From contig PCXY01000003.1 of assembly GCA_002762785.1 (NCBI GenBank), positions 70,463-134,462 on the forward strand: DNA of 64,000 bases, in the 5' to 3' direction. The notes beneath the pieces are model-generated. The model made no database searches. It saw nothing but the letters and a program-made list of their open reading frames with translations, and was not told the origin of the DNA. Of the stretch, positions 27,299 through 36,737 are shown piece by piece; position 1 is the stretch's first letter; each line of letters begins with the position of its first letter. Origin of the DNA: Candidatus Woesearchaeota archaeon CG10_big_fil_rev_8_21_14_0_10_45_16 (GTDB lineage: Archaea > Nanobdellota > Nanobdellia > Woesearchaeales > GW2011-AR9). Position numbers and translations under genes: made by a program.

Positions 27299-28252
27299 GT
27301 GACAATGGAATACCGCAAGCTAATATCGTTTGGGAAGAACAGTTTTGTCATCTCCCTGCCCAAGGCCTGGATCTCTCAGAACAAGCTGGAGAAAGGTGAT
27401 CTGATCTATCTTGAAGAAGAAGGACAGAGCCTGCGTCTGAGAATCAAAGAATCTGAAAAGCCGGTCGAAGAGAAGACGGCCTCTATCGTTATCGATGGCA
27501 AATCTCCACAGGCTATCCAGCGGGAAGTTATCGCTACCTATGTTCAGAACTATCCTAAGATCATCCTTAAAGGCAACGAGATCAAGAGCTCGGTGAAAGA
27601 ACTGCAAGGTATCATCCAGAACCTCATCGCGTTGGAGATCATGGAGCAGACTTCCGATTCTATCATCGCCCGCGATTTCCTTAACATGGATACCGTCTCC
27701 GTCGACGAATTGCTACGAAAGATGGACATCGTCACCCGGACCATGTTCAAAGAGATGTGTAATATCTTTACTGAGGATAACTATGAAAACCTCAACGATC
27801 GGGATACTGACGTCAACCGTCTTTATTTCTTGCTATATCGGGCAATCTTGTACAACCTGGAGAATCCTACTAAAGCCATGAAGAATCTCAAGATGACCGG
27901 CAAAGACTTATTGAAGATCAATTTCCTGGCGTTCTACGTTGAAGCGACAGCTGACGAAGTCCGCCGTGTCGCTCGTTTTTCTCATAAGCTGAAGATCACG
28001 CCGGCTAAGCAGAAACAACTGGAAAGCTATTTCAAAAAGATGCGCGATCTTTATATGGATACGATGAAAGCAGCTCTTGCGAAAGATATCAAAGGTGCTT
28101 TAGCTCTGGCTGATCACAAGCGTTCTTGCGATAGAGATCTGAAAGATATTGAAGATCCTAAGATCCCTGAGCTGAATTATGTTGTCTCTCGATTACAGCG
28201 GATGACCAGCTTGGTCCATAATATGGGACGAATTGTCTATACATTAGGATAG
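27299..28252 (+). CDS. PhoU-domain protein with an N-terminal AbrB/SpoVT-like domain
   Basis: N-terminal ISFGKNSFVISLPKAWI swapped-hairpin motif. The helical remainder is like archaeal PhoU homologs. Confidence 0.5.
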   Translation: MTMEYRKLISFGKNSFVISLPKAWISQNKLEKGDLIYLEEEGQSLRLRIKESEKPVEEKTASIVIDGKSPQAIQREVIATYVQNYPKIILKGNEIKSSVKELQGIIQNLIALEIMEQTSDSIIARDFLNMDTVSVDELLRKMDIVTRTMFKEMCNIFTEDNYENLNDRDTDVNRLYFLLYRAILYNLENPTKAMKNLKMTGKDLLKINFLAFYVEATADEVRRVARFSHKLKITPAKQKQLESYFKKMRDLYMDTMKAALAKDIKGALALADHKRSCDRDLKDIEDPKIPELNYVVSRLQRMTSLVHNMGRIVYTLG

Positions 28253-28320
28253 TCATGTCCTGATGATGTTTTTTTAAGAAACGTTTAAAAAAGAAAGTTC
28301 GATTTTTAGAGAGAAGGGGT

Positions 28321-29268
28321 GTGGTGCGGGTACAGATGACAGAGCAAGACACAGTACAGCGGACGATCCAGGATCTGCGGAGAAGATGGAGGACTGGAGA
28401 AAAAGAATCACTTTCTGATTCCGATCTACGTACTCTTGAAGTGATCATGAAAGATGAGACTGGGTTCACTTTTGATACGCTTCATGATGCTTTTCTTTTT
28501 CGCTTTTCTGGAGCGATAGTAAAAGAAGCCCTCAATAGAGACAACCATGTTATTACCCTGCCGACGGGGACAAGACATCTTTACGCCCTGCCGGGGGGCA
28601 GGATCCGTCCTGAAGCGATGCCTTTCAGCGCTCTTTTGTTTGCACAGTTCTGGCATGATAACAGATCTTTTTATGAACAAGCTTTTGGAGGAGATAGAAG
28701 CCAGATAGGATATCTTAAAGATCGAACATTCCTCAATCCACTTAAAGAGCTGGCGAAGCAGATGGATATGCCATTTAGAGACGGAAGGTCAAACATCCGT
28801 CAGGAAGGCTATCGGGAATTGAGAGAAGAGCTTGGTCTTGTGACAAGGAGAAGGGGTGAAAGAGATGGTCTTCCTGTCCACATCAAGAGAGCGGTTCCCA
28901 TCGATATGTACCTCCATCGTTATCGAAGAGCCATTCCGGGCAGTGATGAAGGTAGGATCGGATGGTTTGTGTCTTTTAACTATCTGGTTGATGTGACTGG
29001 AAATTTTGAAGCGGTAAAAGAGCACGTCAAACCAAGAGAAGCAGAAGGCATCCGCTGGGTTTCCTTGGCTGAAGCTGCTAGGCCGGGGCATGCTGAATTG
29101 TATCATGATACCGTACACTATGTTGCCGTGCGCCTTGGTGATCTAGGTCTGGTCAACACCCAACCGAGACATGGTCGTTACGAAAGAAGTCTTTCCAATG
29201 ATCAATCAGTCATGCCGGTCGAGACGGTAAGGGTTCCCTGCTTTGGCATGGCTCATGCTGATAGATAG
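28321..29268 (+). CDS. NUDIX-domain protein
   Basis: Nudix box GYRELREELGL (RE..EE.G). Confidence 0.5.
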   Translation: MVRVQMTEQDTVQRTIQDLRRRWRTGEKESLSDSDLRTLEVIMKDETGFTFDTLHDAFLFRFSGAIVKEALNRDNHVITLPTGTRHLYALPGGRIRPEAMPFSALLFAQFWHDNRSFYEQAFGGDRSQIGYLKDRTFLNPLKELAKQMDMPFRDGRSNIRQEGYRELREELGLVTRRRGERDGLPVHIKRAVPIDMYLHRYRRAIPGSDEGRIGWFVSFNYLVDVTGNFEAVKEHVKPREAEGIRWVSLAEAARPGHAELYHDTVHYVAVRLGDLGLVNTQPRHGRYERSLSNDQSVMPVETVRVPCFGMAHADR

Positions 29269-29340
29269 TAATAACTTTTATAAACAGGGTCTTTTTCTTA
29301 ATTCTCACCTATTAGACATGGGCACCTGCGCTCAGGTAAT

Positions 29341-29441
29341 GTGGGGGTAGCAAAGCCTGGTCAAATGCGCAGGACTTAAGACAACTTTGAAAGATATCCT
29401 GTCCTTTAGTAGGTTCGAGGGTTCAAATCCCTTCCCCCACA
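29341..29441 (+). tRNA. tRNA-Leu (anticodon UAA) with a 15-nt intron after position 37
   Basis: Acceptor stem GTGGGGG/CCCCCAC. Anticodon stem CAGGA/TCCTG. Loop is CTTAAG, then the intron, then A. Long variable arm. T-arm GAGGG-TTCAAAT-CCCTT. A TATA box lies upstream. Confidence 0.8.
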
Positions 29442-29493
29442 CTCTTTTGTTATAGCAATCTTTAAATAACAATTCTTAATTTTGCCTACTGAT

Positions 29494-29579
29494 GCCCCTG
29501 TGGCCTAGCGGTATGGCGTTACCTTGGTATACATCATACAAAGAGGTAAAGGTCCCGAGTTCAAGTCTCGGCAGGGGCT
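29494..29579 (+). tRNA. tRNA-Thr (anticodon GGU) with a 14-nt intron after position 37
   Basis: Acceptor stem GCCCCTG/CAGGGGC. Anticodon stem TTACC/GGTAA. Loop is TTGGTA, then the intron, then A. T-arm CCGAG-TTCAAGT-CTCGG. Confidence 0.8.
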
Positions 29580-29690
29580 TCACAGGCGCCTGCCGGCTTA
29601 AAGGTCTTGACCTTTTTTGTCGGCAGGGGCTTCTTTTTTCTATTCTCCAACACAGTAAAACATTAATAGTTGCCCTCTTAGTCATCATCG

Positions 29691-30635
29691 ATGCTTGACA
29701 CGATCTCAGCCGACGTTCGAAATACACTCGCTTCTTTCTCTGAGGATGATGCCATAATCTTCAACAACAAGTTATACCGGCTGGACAGAGAGCGATATGA
29801 AGCGATCCCATTGGCTGATGCCAGAAAAGAAGCGCCAAGGATCGCCTTCATCGACGGCGGGCAGGCCGAGATACTTTCTGCGGGAAATCTTTCTGTCTCT
29901 TTCATCCGCGTGGCAGCGGCGGTCTTCAAGAGGGGTATCAAGCTGGAAAACCTTCAGGAGGAGTTCTACCTGTTTACCAAAGCCGTCTGGCATGGTGATG
30001 ATCTTTATTATCATTCCACCATCTATGGTTCTGCTCTCATCCAGAAAGAAGATCTTTACATAAGTTCCAACGATGCTTCGATCAAGATCGGTTCAGAACG
30101 GGCGCCGATATCTAAAGTGGCAAACATGGCCAGAAGGTTTGCCGAGCTGGCTCTGGCTGCTAAAGTAGATGCAGATCATGTCGTCCTTGACGGCACCTTG
30201 GAAAAGACGTTCAGGAATGAAGAGAAATATCTGGAGAAACTGTCTTCCACCATTTCGGCTGTCGCTAAATCTTCTTCTCTGTTTACAACGTCAGGCAACA
30301 GTCCCGTGGTCTTGCTCAATAAGATCGGTCCTGAAGGCTGCTGGCGCTATTCTCTTGATGAGGCTGCTCATTTCGTCAAACTCCATCCAGCTTCAAGACA
30401 CGTCTTTCGTTTTGAAGGAGATACGACCGTGCTGTCTTCACTGCTGTCTCTTTGCTCCGACGCTTTATTTTTAGGCTACCCTTATGGTCTCCTCATGGCC
30501 GATCAGCTGGCTCGGGTCAGCAATGCTGAGAAGAAGAGCCTGCGGCTGCGATTATTGTTAAACAAAGACAATTCCGAGATCGTCAATTACCTGCAGACGA
30601 TGAACGCCCATGATATCTTGGATACGTTAGGATAG
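29691..30635 (+). CDS. hypothetical protein, possibly NurA-like nuclease
   Basis: The N-terminal IAFIDGG resembles the first Asp motif of NurA. Weak. Confidence 0.3.
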   Translation: MLDTISADVRNTLASFSEDDAIIFNNKLYRLDRERYEAIPLADARKEAPRIAFIDGGQAEILSAGNLSVSFIRVAAAVFKRGIKLENLQEEFYLFTKAVWHGDDLYYHSTIYGSALIQKEDLYISSNDASIKIGSERAPISKVANMARRFAELALAAKVDADHVVLDGTLEKTFRNEEKYLEKLSSTISAVAKSSSLFTTSGNSPVVLLNKIGPEGCWRYSLDEAAHFVKLHPASRHVFRFEGDTTVLSSLLSLCSDALFLGYPYGLLMADQLARVSNAEKKSLRLRLLLNKDNSEIVNYLQTMNAHDILDTLG

Positions 30636-30950
30636 CTTGTCGATCTTGGCCGCCATGATAAAGTCATTCTCAGAGAGGCCGTTGACAGCATGCGTCCATA
30701 AAGTTACTTTTACTTTTCCCCAAGCCAGGAAGATATCTGGATGGTGGCCTTCTTTCTCCGCCAGGGAGCCGATCTTGTCGACAAACTTTAAGGCAGTCTT
30801 GAAATCTTTGAACTTATATCCTTTTTCGATCTGATGGCTTCGTACTGTCTTCCAGCCTTTCACCATCTTCTGATACTTCTTCAGCCGTTCTCCTTTTAAC
30901 GGAGGGATGCCGCCCTCACAGGCTACACACTTCTTTTTTGTAAGATCCAT
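30627..30950 (-). CDS. pterin-4a-carbinolamine dehydratase (PCD/DCoH)
   Basis: EKEGHHPD motif plus an N-terminal CxxC. Confidence 0.8.
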   Translation of the reverse strand: MDLTKKKCVACEGGIPPLKGERLKKYQKMVKGWKTVRSHQIEKGYKFKDFKTALKFVDKIGSLAEKEGHHPDIFLAWGKVKVTLWTHAVNGLSENDFIMAAKIDKLS

Positions 30951-31005
30951 CTATCATAGGATATTAGAGGTGGATTTAAATATTATCTTTTTTTAATGTC
31001 TTCTT

Positions 31006-31557
31006 ATGAAAAAAGTGGAAGAAGAACAGTTGTGGAACGATTTTGAGGTAGAGGAAGAAAGACCATCTCGATGGAAGAAACCGTTGTTGTTCATGTTGGG
31101 AATGTTTATGATATTCCTAACTGTCTCCTACATCATCGTCGGCTATCCGATCTCCTCCATCATCGAAGGACAGCTGGAATCGGATGCCTTGCAGAATAAT
31201 GTCCTCAATCTGGATTCGTTTTCCCTCATCTTCATCAATGACACAGAGAAAACTCTCCAGTCATTGTACTTCTCAGAGCAGAAGGTCGAGTTCAGTGTCT
31301 GTCTTTCCGGCTATCTGCAGGATGACGATTATTACATCACCTCTTTATACCAGCCGGCGATGTTCGAGCAGGCTTTCGATCATGTTTCTTTTGAGCCCTG
31401 TTCGACAGAATCGTTGATATTCCTGCATACCCATCCGTACAAAAGCTGCATCGCTTCCGACACCGACATCAACACCCTGAAGAAGATGAAAGCCAGAAAT
31501 AATGATGTGCTGATGGTAGTGATGTGCGAGCCTGATCGGTTCAGCGTCTATGGTTGA
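31006..31557 (+). CDS. JAB/MPN (JAMM) metalloprotease-domain protein with an N-terminal TM helix
   Basis: HTHPYKSCIASDTD fits the JAMM pattern HxHx7Sx2D. Confidence 0.5.
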   Translation: MKKVEEEQLWNDFEVEEERPSRWKKPLLFMLGMFMIFLTVSYIIVGYPISSIIEGQLESDALQNNVLNLDSFSLIFINDTEKTLQSLYFSEQKVEFSVCLSGYLQDDDYYITSLYQPAMFEQAFDHVSFEPCSTESLIFLHTHPYKSCIASDTDINTLKKMKARNNDVLMVVMCEPDRFSVYG

Positions 31558-32644
31558 TGCTCCATCTTTGGTAATCTCTCAATTGCTGGATGATGTACTC
31601 CGGCATGTTTAGATGATTCTTGTTGATGATCTCATCAAGAGGGACTAATCTAACCTCACCGATCTCGCCGCGGACCAACGGCTGGAATGAATCGGAGGTT
31701 AACTCTCCGACGGGTCTGGCTGCATAAACTTCTTTGTAGACGATATCTCCGCGGTCACCATCCCTGACATATTTTTCTACAAAATGTATCTCGTCGATCT
31801 CTAATCCTGTCTCTTCCCTTCCTTCTCTGGCGGCAGCTTGGTTGAAACTTTCCAAAGGTCTTTTCCTGCCGCTGGGGATAGTCCAGATCTCTCTTTTATT
31901 ATCATAGACCACAACAACTCTCTGTTCATATTCGATGACCACGCCAACTGCCCGTACAATGTCATCACTTCTTTCACGGAAATTATTTGTGTTGACAGAT
32001 TCTATCCAATGATGAAGAGTAGTAAAGTCATCAACCGTGATATGAGCTATCTCTTCCAGTTCCGGGCATCTATATGGCCTGAAAGCCGCAGTATAACCTC
32101 CTTGATCACAGAGATATTTGATGACCGGCTGATCATTGTCATTATCGCCGACGTATAGGGCTGAAGAGAGACTGATATCCCGTTCATCACACAACTTCTT
32201 AAAAGCGTCTAGTTTCTGTCCCATCGGCACTCTCGCAGTATATCTGCCGGTGATGATGCCTCTTTTAGTCGGTAATTCATTAGCCATGGCAAAATCAAGT
32301 CCTAGCTCTTTACGAACATGCTCAGCAACCAGATCGATGCTGCTGGTAAGGATGCCGGCGTGTTGCACGCCGTGTGGCAGATGCCTGAAAAATTCTTCAA
32401 CTCCTTCGGTGTAAGGTATCTCTCCCATCGCTTTCAGAACTCGTTCAACATTTCTTTGCCGTAGAAGCAGGGCATTTAAAGGTCCCCAACGATGGATAGA
32501 TTCAGGATCACGCCGAAACCTCGCTTTCAGCAGATCTAACTGCTTTTGCTTTATGCCTGCCGCTAACGAGAAAAGGTCAAAAGTAGACCCATCTATGATG
32601 GTATGGTCCAGGTCCGTAATGATGGTCTCTATCGTTTCAGCCAT
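31541..32644 (-). CDS. HAD-superfamily phosphatase fused to a NUDIX hydrolase
   Basis: N-terminal DLDHTII (HAD motif I). C-terminal GRKRPLESFNQAAAREGREETGL (Nudix box). Confidence 0.55.
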   Translation of the reverse strand: MAETIETIITDLDHTIIDGSTFDLFSLAAGIKQKQLDLLKARFRRDPESIHRWGPLNALLLRQRNVERVLKAMGEIPYTEGVEEFFRHLPHGVQHAGILTSSIDLVAEHVRKELGLDFAMANELPTKRGIITGRYTARVPMGQKLDAFKKLCDERDISLSSALYVGDNDNDQPVIKYLCDQGGYTAAFRPYRCPELEEIAHITVDDFTTLHHWIESVNTNNFRERSDDIVRAVGVVIEYEQRVVVVYDNKREIWTIPSGRKRPLESFNQAAAREGREETGLEIDEIHFVEKYVRDGDRGDIVYKEVYAARPVGELTSDSFQPLVRGEIGEVRLVPLDEIINKNHLNMPEYIIQQLRDYQRWSINHRR

Positions 32645-33540
32645 GATGTAAAGTGTTCTTCGATCATTTCTGTCTTCTTTTTCAGCAGAGCAGTCTGTTT
32701 TTTGGATTCGGTCTCGTCGTCAAGCGATTCAGAGATCTTATTAAGCGTCCAGACAGCTCTCAGGGTCTCATCCCGCAGCTTGAACAGAGGAAGACTCTCA
32801 ACTTTCTTCCCAGATGCCTTCTCGTATTCTTTGAGGAACGCATCCTCATCAACATCAGTATGGTTCAGGAAATTCGCTAGGTCCAGTATTACCGGTCCGT
32901 TCTTGCTGAATTCCCAGTCGATAAACATGATCTTTTCTCCATCGTAGATGATATTGGACGGTTTGTTGTCGCCTTTTAGGATGCTGAGAGACGAAGACTT
33001 TTCTTCCTTCAGCTGTTCCCTTACTTTCTGCAATAACAGTTCAAATCTCTCTATTGTCTGTCCATGTAGGGGATGATCCCGCAGCGGCTGCAGGTCGTAT
33101 CTCTGATAATGATCATCTAACTCTTTGACCAGAGAATACCTCTTTTCTCCGATAGTGATAGAATGAAGATGGACATAGGTCTCGGCTATCTTGCTGACAG
33201 CCTCTTCTGGGATACCCTCACTGAGATCTTTTCCTTCTATATATTCGAGGATGATGATACTGGTGTCAAAGAAACTTCTGCTGTCGTCGAGAAAGTATGC
33301 TTTAGGGGCTATCTTGATATTCTCGATGGTTTTCAGTACTTCAAACTCTTTCCGGGTCTTTCCTGTGTTCTCATGCGGGAGATAGCGGTTGATCCTGAAA
33401 ACATATCTCTTTTGGCCTGATCGTATCAGATAGAGTTCATTGAACTTTCCCCGGCCAAGATGTTCAACCTGAGGCTGATCTATCTGAAAGCTCTTCTTTA
33501 TCTTGTCCTGCTGGAGGTATTCTCTGATCTTACTTATCAT
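32629..33540 (-). CDS. aminoglycoside/choline kinase-like phosphotransferase (APH family)
   Basis: FIDWEFS and DLANFL motifs. Confidence 0.5.
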   Translation of the reverse strand: MISKIREYLQQDKIKKSFQIDQPQVEHLGRGKFNELYLIRSGQKRYVFRINRYLPHENTGKTRKEFEVLKTIENIKIAPKAYFLDDSRSFFDTSIIILEYIEGKDLSEGIPEEAVSKIAETYVHLHSITIGEKRYSLVKELDDHYQRYDLQPLRDHPLHGQTIERFELLLQKVREQLKEEKSSSLSILKGDNKPSNIIYDGEKIMFIDWEFSKNGPVILDLANFLNHTDVDEDAFLKEYEKASGKKVESLPLFKLRDETLRAVWTLNKISESLDDETESKKQTALLKKKTEMIEEHFTSWLKR

Positions 33541-33576
33541 CAGGCTCTCAGAATGGCTCTTATTTTAAAAATTTGT

Positions 33577-34494
33577 TCAGGGATAATTCTTGGTAGGCGA
33601 ATGGTATCCTAACTTGCCTTTGCTATGGTCCTGGAACGTTTTCTGATGATATTGGCGATATTTCTCTTTCGTGCCATATTTCTCAGCGATCATCTCATAC
33701 TCTTGCAGCGCCGCGAGATGGTCCTTTTTTATCAAGGGAGTATTTCCGGTCTTTAGATATTGTCTTATCTCTTCAAAAACCCAGGGATTGATGACAGCCT
33801 GTCGGGCGATCATGACGCCGCTGCAGCCGAGATCAAACATCTTTTTGGCGCTCGGTCCGTCGGTGATGAAACCATTGCCGATGATCGGTATCTTTGCTAT
33901 CGAGATTATTTCTTTCAACGCTTGGAAATCGATCGGACTCATCGAATCCTGGTCAGCAGTCTTAGGATGGACGGTGACCCAATCTAATCTAAGTTCATTG
34001 ACTAATTCGATGATCCCCAGGTAGAGCTTGTTTTTTTTCTCCATGGCGTTCAAGCCTAACCTGATCTTGATGCCGCACGGGACCGGTGAGTATTGCTTCA
34101 GGACCGTCAACAGTTCCCGCATCCTGGCTCTTCTCTTCAGTAAAGCCGGACCGCTGCCTTTGGAGATGACGTCCTGTGAAGGACAGCCGAAATTGAGGTC
34201 GATGCATCTGATGTTCTGATATCTTAGTTCTCCTTCTTCTCTTTTCTTTGTGATAAGTTCTAAAGTCTGTTTGAGAACGTCTGGTTTTGAGACCAATAAT
34301 TGCAGACCAGTGGGAACATCCTCCAGATAGCAGTCGATAAGATCAGTAGTGGCTTTATTGTTCCGAAGTATCGCTTCCGCCCGGATCATCTCAGTAAAGG
34401 TAAGGTCAGCCCCTCTTTTGACGCAGACGCTTCGGAAACCTAAGTCAGAGACACCTTCCATCGGCGAGAGCCACAGCGCGTTTTGTATGTTCAT
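33577..34494 (-). CDS. dus: tRNA-dihydrouridine synthase
   Basis: NFGCP active-site motif and TIM-barrel FMN-binding pattern. Confidence 0.7.
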   Translation of the reverse strand: MNIQNALWLSPMEGVSDLGFRSVCVKRGADLTFTEMIRAEAILRNNKATTDLIDCYLEDVPTGLQLLVSKPDVLKQTLELITKKREEGELRYQNIRCIDLNFGCPSQDVISKGSGPALLKRRARMRELLTVLKQYSPVPCGIKIRLGLNAMEKKNKLYLGIIELVNELRLDWVTVHPKTADQDSMSPIDFQALKEIISIAKIPIIGNGFITDGPSAKKMFDLGCSGVMIARQAVINPWVFEEIRQYLKTGNTPLIKKDHLAALQEYEMIAEKYGTKEKYRQYHQKTFQDHSKGKLGYHSPTKNYP

Positions 34495-36663
34495 GATATC
34501 TATCTTGGGAAGGAGGCTTTTTATAAACGTATTGTCTGTTGTTTAATTATCTTTATAAATGGATTTTATTATTTTTTACATATGGGGGATTCTTTAGATG
34601 ATCTTGTCAGTTATGCTGAGAAAGTACGTCGTTTTGTCGAGACACCGACAGAAGTAAGATTAGATCGGGAAGGGGATGTTTATACGGCCACTATACTGGT
34701 GGCTGATCTCTACGGAAATCTAAGAGATTGCCAGCTTGAGGTTAAGGTAGCCGATGGTTATGGTCATGTTGCTTTCAATAAAATTCCAGCTAAAAGACTT
34801 GAAGCCCCCGATATTGGAGATCCCGACCACCTTTTTCTAGGATTTCATCAGGATGTATTGGTCCATGTTGACGAGATCTATAGGAAGAGTAAACTGCGTC
34901 CAGAATCAGAAGCGATAGTTGCTCCTATTCCTGAGTCTTGTCAACCAGCAGAAGAGCTAGTTCCTGAAGTGGTTGCTGTTGCACCACCTGTTGCACCACC
35001 TGTCAATCCAGTAAGTGTTGATCCTGCTGCGGTTGCCCCTGGATCGATCATTAGGCCACCATCAACTGCTCTTGAACCCTCTGGAAGTTTAGATGATGTT
35101 GTTGGTCGTTTACCATCACCGGCTATGGAAAGATCTCTAGCAGGTCAACCTGATTATTACCATCCCTTAGCAGTCTCATTACGAAGACGTCTGGAGGATG
35201 AAGGATATTTGAGAGACGGAAAGATAGTTCTGAGAGGTCAGACCAATGATAGGGAACATTTCTGGACTTACAGCAATACTGCGTATTTTACAGAAAGAAG
35301 CGTTTCTACTTTAAGAAATCTGGCAGAGCGTCTCTCTCTCAATGTTTTTAACAGGTCTATTTTTGCTTATGGTCTCACAGTTGCAAATGCCCTCAAATTA
35401 AAATTGCTTCCCACTAAAAAAGGTCCAGCCCACTTGAATTATTCAGAATTGGAAACAGTTTTTGGGATGGAAAGGGGTGAATTCAGAAAGGTTGCGGGAG
35501 CCCATTTTGTTACTGGGGCTGATACTGCGGAGATAAAGAGAAATCAGCAGATAATCTATTCTCAGATCTTTGACCTTGCTCTCTCTCTTGATGCTGAAGA
35601 CACCAGAATTGATACTATCACTACTCCACCTGTTTCTCTTCTTGAAGGGATAGTGGCTGTTTCAGAGGAACTGGATATAGAGATCACGGAAAAACAGTTG
35701 ACTTCTTTGGAGGATTCGTTACGAAGCCGTCTTGTCAATGAGGGATATATTAAAGATGGACGGATTCACTTAGGAAAAAAGTCATGGGCTCGGGATGATT
35801 TTCTGGATTTTGGTCTAGCAGCTAATCTTATTGGTAAAACCAGAAATGCTATTTCACAATACGCGAAGAGCCATAATCTTCGAGTGTTTAGTGGGATTGA
35901 TATTGGCATCACGGTCGAGAAAACACTTTTGTATTGTTTCACACCAAAGTACCGATCAGGGCACCATGCTTTTGGAGGTCACGAATTATCAGAGCTTTAT
36001 GGTGTTGATGCCTCTCAGTTACCTTTAGGATTAATTAAAAAAACTGAAGAAGAAGCCCATTATGACCTCCAGAAACGACAGAGAGATACTTTCTTTAGAG
36101 TTTTCAACAGGGTCATGGATGGTTTGGATGCAGCAGTTTCTGAGGAGATTCCCAATACTGCCGTCGAAGAACAGGTTGACCTTGCTCAGTATCAAGATGA
36201 TTTCAATCGGATCTACTTCAATCTCGCTTTGGGAACGAGCATACAAGGTAATGCGATAACGATCGGCGATTATTCCGTCAAATATGACCATGGAATACCC
36301 CGAGGAAAGGCTAGAGATTTACTCGATGGTAAACTGTCGGTAAAAGACGCTGAAACCATAGACCCTTTTACTGTTTTAGTCCTTGTCTCTGAGCCGTATC
36401 CAGAGATCGCTGACAATCTTTCCGGCAATGGAACATATGATACGCTGGCCAGAAACTGGGCGAGCATGATGGCCGATAAGGAACAGAGGACAGCTTTCAT
36501 GGAAGGTTTAGGATACCTGTCGATCCCTGATTTTAGGACAGCTCTTTCCGAAAGAGGTTTTAGTCCGATGAAAGTCCAAAAAGATTTTGGAGGATGGGTA
36601 AAAGAGTATGCTGTCCTTGGAATGATGCCAAGAGGTGCTATTGATAAGATTGCATCAAGTTAG
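34483..36663 (+). CDS. large hypothetical protein with an internally repeated domain
   Basis: Two copies of L-R-x-R-L-x-x-EGY-[LI]-[RK]-DG-[KR]-I-x-L modules, and a Pro-rich linker PPVAPPVNP. The true start is probably at MGDSLDD. Confidence 0.4.
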   Translation: MYVHDIYLGKEAFYKRIVCCLIIFINGFYYFLHMGDSLDDLVSYAEKVRRFVETPTEVRLDREGDVYTATILVADLYGNLRDCQLEVKVADGYGHVAFNKIPAKRLEAPDIGDPDHLFLGFHQDVLVHVDEIYRKSKLRPESEAIVAPIPESCQPAEELVPEVVAVAPPVAPPVNPVSVDPAAVAPGSIIRPPSTALEPSGSLDDVVGRLPSPAMERSLAGQPDYYHPLAVSLRRRLEDEGYLRDGKIVLRGQTNDREHFWTYSNTAYFTERSVSTLRNLAERLSLNVFNRSIFAYGLTVANALKLKLLPTKKGPAHLNYSELETVFGMERGEFRKVAGAHFVTGADTAEIKRNQQIIYSQIFDLALSLDAEDTRIDTITTPPVSLLEGIVAVSEELDIEITEKQLTSLEDSLRSRLVNEGYIKDGRIHLGKKSWARDDFLDFGLAANLIGKTRNAISQYAKSHNLRVFSGIDIGITVEKTLLYCFTPKYRSGHHAFGGHELSELYGVDASQLPLGLIKKTEEEAHYDLQKRQRDTFFRVFNRVMDGLDAAVSEEIPNTAVEEQVDLAQYQDDFNRIYFNLALGTSIQGNAITIGDYSVKYDHGIPRGKARDLLDGKLSVKDAETIDPFTVLVLVSEPYPEIADNLSGNGTYDTLARNWASMMADKEQRTAFMEGLGYLSIPDFRTALSERGFSPMKVQKDFGGWVKEYAVLGMMPRGAIDKIASS

Positions 36664-36737
36664 AGATGCAGGCGAGGATTCCATATTAGCTGAAATGTCA
36701 CTTACATTTAAATATCCCAAATCATTCCTCTCTCCTA

